Assembly (NCBI GenBank): GCA_963813535.1
Contig: CAWEZH010000002.1
Location: forward strand, 1,760,001-1,824,000
Length of the DNA: 64,000 nt
Direction of reading: 5' to 3'
From: an uncultured Chloroflexia bacterium
Lineage (GTDB): Bacteria > Chloroflexota > Limnocylindria > Limnocylindrales > CSP1-4
A program made the position numbers and the translations under genes. Under the pieces are notes generated by a model that had not been told where the DNA came from, made no database searches, and was given only the letters and a program-made list of their open reading frames with translations. Position 1 is the stretch's first letter. Every line of letters starts with the position of its first letter. This document shows positions 57,887 to 64,000 of this stretch, one piece after another.

Positions 57887-58459
57887 TCAGCGCAGGCCGT
57901 CCTCGCCCACGGCGTCGGATGCCGCGAGCCCTCCGATCCGTGCATGTGGCCGGCCGGCATTGGTGACAGCCAGCGCGAGCAGCAGCTCGTCGGCCCCCGG
58001 CGCGTCCGGTACGGAGATGGTGACCGCATCGAAATGGGAGCGGACGAGCATCGCCTTGATGTGGTGGACCGGGATGTCGAGCGTTGCGCCCATCGCGGCA
58101 CGCTTCTTGACCGACGGCAGGATCGACACGCCGTTCGTGCGGGTACGGGTCGGCTGCCCGAACTTGGGGTGAAGGACCGCGGCGACGTGCTCGAGCTCGC
58201 CGTGCTCACCGACGATGCCGCCCTTGCCATACGCCTCGACCGGTCCTTCGAGCGCCTCCTGGCAGCGACGGGTCAGCTCGTCGCCGAGGTACTCGCCGAA
58301 GTCGATGAGCTCCGCCAGGTCATCCGACCACGTGCCGGCATACGGGTTGGTGCAGATGACCGCGACGGCGACGCGCCGAAGCGGACGCTCGAGATCGCGC
58401 TCGCCATCGACCACGATCTCCTCGCGGAACGTCGCCCATTTGCGGATCCTGATGGCCAC
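57887..58459 (-). CDS. DUF1185 (amino acid synthesis family) protein
   Basis: NPYAG, YGKGGIVG, GELEH, RSHFD, PDAP, GRPHARIGG. Confidence 0.88.
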   Translation of the reverse strand: MAIRIRKWATFREEIVVDGERDLERPLRRVAVAVICTNPYAGTWSDDLAELIDFGEYLGDELTRRCQEALEGPVEAYGKGGIVGEHGELEHVAAVLHPKFGQPTRTRTNGVSILPSVKKRAAMGATLDIPVHHIKAMLVRSHFDAVTISVPDAPGADELLLALAVTNAGRPHARIGGLAASDAVGEDGLR

Positions 58460-58560
58460 GGTGCTCCTCCTCCGACCAGTCCGCCGTCGCTCCCTACCCG
58501 CACAGACTAGAATGTCCACGCCAACGGCCGGTGGCAAACCGACCTGGCGAGGATGGTCGC

Positions 58561-59355
58561 GTGGAAGAATCACACGCTGATTCCCGAAGGGCGCTCGTGC
58601 TCCACGATCGATCGATGGTGGTCGATCTCATCCAGCTCACGCTGAATCACGGCCTGTTCATCGTGAGTGCGGCCCGGGACCTCGCCGAGGCACAGGCGAT
58701 CATCGCTCGATGGCGTCCGCACATCGGCGTCGTCGACATGGACCATGCCGACAGCGCGCGATTGCTGCGTGTGCTCGGCGTCTCGAGCACCCTGGACAGG
58801 AGCGTGACGCCGGTCCTCGGCCTGACGCGTCGCGGCGACCTCTCCACCAAACTCCGCGCCTTCGATCTGGGCGTGGACGACATCCTGACGGTGCCCTTCT
58901 CGCCGGAGGAGCTGCTGGCTCGGTGCGTCGTCATCGCTCGGCGTTCGACGGGGAATGAGCGGCCGATCGTGCCGACGATCACCATCGGCGAGATCGAGAT
59001 CGACATCGTCAATCGACAGGTTCGAGCGGGGGACTCGGTCATCCACCTGAGCGGGATCGAGCAAAGCCTGCTGTACCTCCTCGCGAGTCGGAGCGGCCGC
59101 GTGCTCACGCGCGACGACATCCTGGACGCGATCTGGGGGACGGATTTCGTCGCCGAAAGCAACATCGTCGATCGCCACATCCGGAGTCTGCGCATCAAGC
59201 TCCAGAACGACTACCGGCACCCTCGCTTCATCGCGACCGTCCCCGGTGTCGGATACCGGTTCATCCCGACCTTCTCGAACCAGGGATGGCAGGACGGTGT
59301 GGCCGCCGGTGGAGGAGATCCCGAGTCTTCCACAGGAGATGACGAGTCGTCATGA
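58561..59355 (+). CDS. Orphan OmpR-family response regulator with atypical receiver
   Basis: wHTH LTRDDIL..IWG...SNIVDRHIRSLR...TVPGVGYRF; receiver has LHD and LTVPF. Confidence 0.88.
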   Translation: MEESHADSRRALVLHDRSMVVDLIQLTLNHGLFIVSAARDLAEAQAIIARWRPHIGVVDMDHADSARLLRVLGVSSTLDRSVTPVLGLTRRGDLSTKLRAFDLGVDDILTVPFSPEELLARCVVIARRSTGNERPIVPTITIGEIEIDIVNRQVRAGDSVIHLSGIEQSLLYLLASRSGRVLTRDDILDAIWGTDFVAESNIVDRHIRSLRIKLQNDYRHPRFIATVPGVGYRFIPTFSNQGWQDGVAAGGGDPESSTGDDESS

Positions 59356-59385
59356 CGAGGGGCGCATGGCGGCACAGAGTAGTCT

Positions 59386-59446
59386 GAGGCACCCGCTGCG
59401 GAGTGGTGTCTCGTGAAGGGGGCGGCGCCACTCCGCGCGTGCCCTC
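59386..59446. terminator. Long hairpin between convergent genes
   Basis: GAGGCAC/GTGCCCTC outer and GCGGAGTGGTGTC/GGCGCCACTCCGC inner stems. Confidence 0.4.
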
Positions 59447-59491
59447 TCCGACGGTCGCGGGGCGGGACTCCCGACGACCACCTGCAGCTGG

Positions 59492-60448
59492 TCAGGCGGT
59501 GATCGCCACCGGGCCACGCAGCCGCGCCAGGATCTCGCTCAGGCTCGCCTCGGCCATCCCGACGACCTGGTCGGCGGCGCCGTAGTAGACCAGCAGTCGC
59601 TCACCATCGTCGTCGAGCGTCCAGCCGCACGGGAACACGACCCGCCCGACATCCCCGATGATCTCGTATGGTGCCGCGGGCCCGAAGGCCCACTCGTCCA
59701 TCCGACCCACGACCACGCTGGGGTCATCGAGATCGAGGAGCGCGAACCCAGCCCGATAGATGGGTCCGTCCGAGGTCGTATGTACGCCGTGATACATCAC
59801 GAGCCAACCGGCCGACGTCTCCAATGGCGGCGGCCCCAGACCGATCTTCCCGGCATCCCACCAGGCGCCGTCACGCGCCTCGAGCAACAGGGTGTGATCG
59901 CCCCAATGCCGCAGGTCCGGTGAGAACGACAGCCACATGTGCGCGCCGCCGCGCAGCGGGGACGGTCGATGGATCATCGCCCAGCGGCCGTCGAAGCGGC
60001 GCGGGAACAACGCCGCGTCCTTGTCCTCGGGCGGCATCACCGGCCCCAGACGCCGCACCGTATGGAAGTCTCGCGTCATCGCGAGCGACACGAGGGGGCC
60101 ACGTCGGCTGTACGCGGTGTAGGCGATCGCCCACTCTTCGAGCTCGGGCAGCCACGTCAGCCGCGGATCCTCGCAGCCCCAGATCTCCTCTGGATAGTGC
60201 TCGACGTCGGGTCGCAGCAGTGGCTCCGGATCGAACCCCCAGTCCGCGACGCCATCCGGACTTCTCGCGACATGGAGCGCGGAGATGCCCCGCATGTCCT
60301 CGATGCGTGTCAGCAGGATGGTCTCGTTCCCGACGCGAGCCGCCCCAGGGTTGAAGACGGAGTTGGCGGGGTAGGGAACGTCAGCAGCGGTGAGGATCGG
60401 GTTGGCGGGGGAACGTTCGAATAGCGTGGCGCTCTTCGGACCCGTCAC
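59492..60448 (-). CDS. GH130 (PH1107-like) glycosidase/phosphorylase
   Basis: NPIL, VFNPGA, GCEDPR, DKDAALFP, HRP, KIGLG, YHGV, VVFPCG, YYGAAD. Confidence 0.92.
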   Translation of the reverse strand: MTGPKSATLFERSPANPILTAADVPYPANSVFNPGAARVGNETILLTRIEDMRGISALHVARSPDGVADWGFDPEPLLRPDVEHYPEEIWGCEDPRLTWLPELEEWAIAYTAYSRRGPLVSLAMTRDFHTVRRLGPVMPPEDKDAALFPRRFDGRWAMIHRPSPLRGGAHMWLSFSPDLRHWGDHTLLLEARDGAWWDAGKIGLGPPPLETSAGWLVMYHGVHTTSDGPIYRAGFALLDLDDPSVVVGRMDEWAFGPAAPYEIIGDVGRVVFPCGWTLDDDGERLLVYYGAADQVVGMAEASLSEILARLRGPVAITA

Positions 60449-61539
60449 GCGATCGCGCCGATCACAGCCGCATCTCTTGCCCGGGCAACGGTCTCCCCGT
60501 CGCGCCGCAGCTCGCGGATGTGCTCCAACGCCATCAGCCACATCAGCGTCGACTCAGCCCCCTGGTTGATGTTTGCCCCGGTGGGCGTGAGACCGTCGTA
60601 GCTTGTACCGCGGTCCGCGTCGGCCAGGTCCAGGCCAAGGTCATTGCGCCCGAGGAACCACCCGTAGGCACGCTCCATCGCGGCTCGGTACTTCACGTCC
60701 CCGGTATGCCGATACGCAGTCTCCGAAGCCAGCACGATAGCCGTCGCTTCGATCGGTTGCTGGTCGAACTGTGGCTTGGTCCCGCCGGCCGGCCACCACG
60801 TATTGCCCACTGGCGAGAAATGGCCGGCAGGTGCCGTCTGGGCCACGATGAGCCAGTCCAACGTATCCAAGCCGGTCTGGATCATGGCGGGCGAGTCGAG
60901 CTGGATCCCGGCTCGGAGCAGCGCGTGCACCGGCAACGCGTTCTCATAGGTCACTCGAGCCTCGGGCCAGGGCCACGCGGACCCAGCCGTTCGATCGAAT
61001 GCCGTTCGCAGCTGGCGCGCGATCGAGCGGTGCGCCAGCGTCGTCGGTCCGTTCGCCAGGGCCGGGAGGGCTGCCTGGCAACCGAGGAGCACGGATGACT
61101 TCGCCCGGAGCGCGGCGACGTCCTGGGCCGCTGGCAGTGCGCGCAGGAACAACAGCGACGCCCGCTCGGTCATCTGCTCATCCGTGGCGCCGCTGACGGT
61201 CTCGCCCAGCGCGAGCATGGCTCGTCCCTGGGAGTCCTCGGAGGCCGTGCCGTCCAGCCACGTCCCATCGACTCGGCGGAAGTTCCGGAATCGCCCGCTG
61301 GTGCCGTCGAAGGCGTCCTCGAGGAATCGGAGGCTGCGCCAGGCGCTCGTCGCGACGGCATCCCAGCCGAGCTCCCGCTGATGCAGGAGGTCGACCTGGA
61401 GCGCCCGGGCGACGTCGTCCACGCAGTAGCCGTGGTCGGGATCGGGTCGACTCCCGATCGCGTGCTGCATGATGCCGATCCCGTCGGTGAGGACGTCCAG
61501 ATGGACGCGACTCACGGGATGGAGCGGTGCCTCAAGCAT
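60445..61539 (-). CDS. GT4-associated conserved protein (HGYCxDD / FDQQP / NQGAES family)
   Basis: GIMQHA, HGYCVDDVARAL, SEDSQGR, WPE..TYENA, FDQQPIE, NQGAEST. Confidence 0.82.
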   Translation of the reverse strand: MLEAPLHPVSRVHLDVLTDGIGIMQHAIGSRPDPDHGYCVDDVARALQVDLLHQRELGWDAVATSAWRSLRFLEDAFDGTSGRFRNFRRVDGTWLDGTASEDSQGRAMLALGETVSGATDEQMTERASLLFLRALPAAQDVAALRAKSSVLLGCQAALPALANGPTTLAHRSIARQLRTAFDRTAGSAWPWPEARVTYENALPVHALLRAGIQLDSPAMIQTGLDTLDWLIVAQTAPAGHFSPVGNTWWPAGGTKPQFDQQPIEATAIVLASETAYRHTGDVKYRAAMERAYGWFLGRNDLGLDLADADRGTSYDGLTPTGANINQGAESTLMWLMALEHIRELRRDGETVARARDAAVIGAIA

Positions 61540-62695
61540 TGATCGCGGCCAGCGACTCAGCACGCACGTGCTGCGGGACCCTGGTGGCGACTCGCTCGAA
61601 GACGCCCTGGTATCGGGCGCCGACGGCCGGCCACACCATCTCGCGGCTGTAGGCATAGGCTCGACGCCCAAGGCTCGTCCGCAACTCGTCGTCGCCGAGG
61701 ACTCGGTCGAGGGCCCCGGCCAGCGCCGTCGCCGAATGTGGTTCGACCAACAGGCCTCGGCCGTCTGCCAGCAGCTCGGTCGCGTAGGTGTACGGCGTCG
61801 AGACGATCGCGCATCCGGCGCCCATCGCATACGACAGCGTCCCCGACACGATCTGGTCGAGCTTCGGGTAGGGCGTGACGAACACGTCGGCCGCCTCCAA
61901 CCAGCGCGTCAGCTCGACGCGGCCGAGGAATCGGTCGACGAACCGGACGTGCCCTTGCATCCCCAGCCTGCTCACCTGGGCCTCGAGGCGCTGGCGATAG
62001 GCCTCGCCCTCCGTTCGGATCAGATCCGGGTGGGTGGCTCCGACCATGACGTAGCACGCTGCCGGGTTCGCCGCCACGACCGCGGGGAGTGCCTCGAGCA
62101 CGAGCTCATAGCCCTTGCCTGGGCCTAACAGACCGAAGCTCAGGATGACGTCCCGGCCGGCGACGCCGAGCGAAGCCTTGACCGTCTCGGGCTTGACGAG
62201 CGGCAGATTCGGCACGCCGTGCGGGATGACATCGAGGCGACCCTCGTCGACACCATAAGCGTCGGCCAGCAGCGATGCCGCCGATCGCGACATGACGACG
62301 GTCGCTGCACTCCGGGCGACGAGCTCCGAAAGGATCGACCGCTGCGAATCAGAGGGATCGGGCAGCACGGTGTGGAGCGTCGTGACCGCCGGCACATGCA
62401 GCGAGCGGACGAAGTCGATCACGTAGGCGCCGTCATCGCCGCCCCAGATCCCGTACTCATGCTGGATCGAGACGACGTCGACGCACTGTTCGATGGATCG
62501 TGCGACCTGACCGTAGTCGCCATGCTCGTCCCGCCGGATCCGGTGATGGACCTCGAGCGGATAGGGCGCCGACTGTCCGGGTGGATGCAGCGCGACGATC
62601 TCGCGGCTACCCGTGGCTGACGCCAGGTCCTGGGTGAACGACGCGATGCCGCATCGTCGGGGTGGATACGTGGAAACGAATGCCGTCCGTACGAT
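61532..62695 (-). CDS. GT4 glycosyltransferase (apparent ATC start)
   Basis: STYPPRRCGIASF, QHEYGIWGG, TTLHTV, IPHGVP, FGLLGPGKG, SGTLSYA; frame open from 62695 with SD AGGAGG 6 nt upstream. Confidence 0.9.
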   Translation of the reverse strand: MVRTAFVSTYPPRRCGIASFTQDLASATGSREIVALHPPGQSAPYPLEVHHRIRRDEHGDYGQVARSIEQCVDVVSIQHEYGIWGGDDGAYVIDFVRSLHVPAVTTLHTVLPDPSDSQRSILSELVARSAATVVMSRSAASLLADAYGVDEGRLDVIPHGVPNLPLVKPETVKASLGVAGRDVILSFGLLGPGKGYELVLEALPAVVAANPAACYVMVGATHPDLIRTEGEAYRQRLEAQVSRLGMQGHVRFVDRFLGRVELTRWLEAADVFVTPYPKLDQIVSGTLSYAMGAGCAIVSTPYTYATELLADGRGLLVEPHSATALAGALDRVLGDDELRTSLGRRAYAYSREMVWPAVGARYQGVFERVATRVPQHVRAESLAAINA

Positions 62696-62787
62696 GACGG
62701 ACCTCCTCTCGATCGCGCACGCCGGCGACCGGAACGGGTCGGTCGGCTCATACCGACCGACCGGACACGATCGCCGGGAACACGTGA

Positions 62788-62832
62788 GTCGGGCTCGGCA
62801 CCGCTCCGGGTGGGACCGGTGCGAGTCCCGAC
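62788..62832 (-). terminator. Hairpin downstream of csp
   Basis: GTCGGGCTCGGCACCG...CGGTGCGAGTCCCGAC imperfect stem right after the csp stop. Confidence 0.4.
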
Positions 62833-62839
62833 GGCGTGG

Positions 62840-63043
62840 TTAGGCGGATCGCACCTGTGTGGCGCGCGGGCCCTTGGGGCTGGTCTCGATCTCGAACTGG
62901 ACGCGCTCGCCGCCGACGAGGCGGTCGAAATCCAGCGAGCCGTCGAGGCCGCCGCGATGGAAGAAGTATTCCTTCTCGTCCTCGGCTGCGATGAAGCCGA
63001 AGCCACGGTCGGATACGACCTTCTTGATGGTACCGGTGGTCAT
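62840..63043 (-). CDS. Cold-shock domain protein
   Basis: MTTGTIKK, RGFGFI (RNP1), YFFH (RNP2), KGPRA. Confidence 0.95.
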   Translation of the reverse strand: MTTGTIKKVVSDRGFGFIAAEDEKEYFFHRGGLDGSLDFDRLVGGERVQFEIETSPKGPRATQVRSA

Positions 63044-63156
63044 GAGGACCTCCAAAACTTCCCGAACCTGGCTTGCAAGACGCACGGCCCGTCCGAGAAG
63101 GAGGTCGACCACGCGGAGCATCGCCGCGAGTCGCAGCGAAGTCACTCATCATAGCA
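63044..63156 (-). promoter_or_regulatory. csp extended -10 promoter (TGnTATGAT) and ~100-nt 5' UTR
   Basis: TGCTATGAT at 63156-63148; long leader ending in SD GGAGG. Confidence 0.55.
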
Positions 63157-63253
63157 CATTTGTTCCACACGGCCCCGCAGAAGAGGCCCCCGCGGGTGGA
63201 CGCTCGGGGTATCCTGAGGTCGGAGGGGGTATCGAAAAGCGGGGGCGCTATCG

Positions 63254-64000
63254 ATGCCACGATCACGCTCGACCAAGGCCGCAGTCATCACCGCGGTCCT
63301 CCTGCTGCTCACGCTCGCAGGAGTCGTCCTGGCACAGTCGGCCAGGGAGAAGCTCCGCACCGGAAACACCGTGACCGTCGCCGCAGGCGAGACCGTCGCG
63401 AGTGACCTCTACGCGTTCGCCGGGACGGTCCGGATCGACGGCACCGTCGACGGCGACCTCATCGCCACGGGCGGATCGATCGATGTGACGGGCTCCGTGA
63501 CCGGCGACGTGCTCGCGGCCGGGGGCAACGTATCCATCGACGGCACGGTCGATGGCGATGTGCGGATGGCCGGTGGGACGCTCACGGTCGGCGGTTCGGT
63601 GGCCGAGGATGTCGTCGCCGCCGGCGGCCAGCTGACGCTCGCCTCGTCGGGTTCGATCGGCGAGGACCTGTTCGCCTCGACGGGCCGGTTGTCCATCGAT
63701 GGCGCCGTGACCGGCGACGTCCTGGCGAGCACCGGTGCCTACGCCAAGACGGGAACGGTCGGTGGCAGCGAGGACGTCCGGATCACCTCCGCACCCACGA
63801 CACCCAGCGGTCCTGCGGCCGCGCCGACACCCATCGACCAGGTGATCGACGCCATCCGCCATTTCCTCGTCGTCCTGCTCGTCGGCGCCATCCTGATCTG
63901 GTTGGCGCCGCGCGCCTACGAGGCCATGAAGGTAGCCGTCCAGAAGAGGCCACTCCCGGCCCTTGGCTGGGGCATCGCGGCGTTCTTCGGCTTCATCGCG
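63254..64000 (+). CDS. Exported beta-helix (bactofilin/polymer-forming-like) membrane protein, 3' truncated
   Basis: Signal peptide then repeated xxGxVxGDxxAxGG units, followed by TM helices; missing from the ORF track because it has no stop in the window. Confidence 0.8.
   Translation, partial: MPRSRSTKAAVITAVLLLLTLAGVVLAQSAREKLRTGNTVTVAAGETVASDLYAFAGTVRIDGTVDGDLIATGGSIDVTGSVTGDVLAAGGNVSIDGTVDGDVRMAGGTLTVGGSVAEDVVAAGGQLTLASSGSIGEDLFASTGRLSIDGAVTGDVLASTGAYAKTGTVGGSEDVRITSAPTTPSGPAAAPTPIDQVIDAIRHFLVVLLVGAILIWLAPRAYEAMKVAVQKRPLPALGWGIAAFFGFIA

Noticed and set aside
63370-63780. DNA tandem repeat or CRISPR-like periodicity
   Set aside because: Periodicity comes from beta-helix protein repeats; no identical repeats with spacers anywhere in the window

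Overview
High-GC (visually about 70%) bacterial chromosomal segment, gene-dense and mostly housekeeping or metabolic. The gene set and style suggest an uncultured Chloroflexota (Limnocylindria-like) genome, but this is inference only. No integrase, transposase, phage genes or CRISPR array were seen. Contents in order: ABC-2 exporter, ppc, GAF kinase/response regulator pair, gltB-amtB, LysE, a Psp/Lia-like operon, tRNA-Lys(UUU), and an SDR-PRODH-aminotransferase-2-hydroxyacid dehydrogenase-gntK operon. Then an unusual six-gene Rieske/cytochrome b6-type operon, led by an NADPH-type GltD/DsrL-like Fe-S flavoprotein and ending in a cytochrome c-cupredoxin fusion and a membrane Kelch propeller. Next come bcp/thiN/ybaK, a DnaA-box-like cluster in front of a candidate ~80-nt sRNA, and a MerR/BldC-HTH-GAF-GGDEF protein with an operator-like repeat. 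After that are an ECF transporter with tandem DUF62 SAM hydrolases, a WYL-CAP-HD dNTPase cluster, and a nicotinate dehydrogenase/enamidase operon in which an LLM-family oxidoreductase occupies the place of the usual Hnr reductase. The window ends with an atypical orphan response regulator, a csp-GT4-GH130 cluster whose GT appears to start at ATC, and a partial bactofilin-like membrane protein. Several genes carry single-base frameshifts, often in G/C runs, most likely long-read assembly errors. Many genes appear to be transcribed as leaderless mRNAs.
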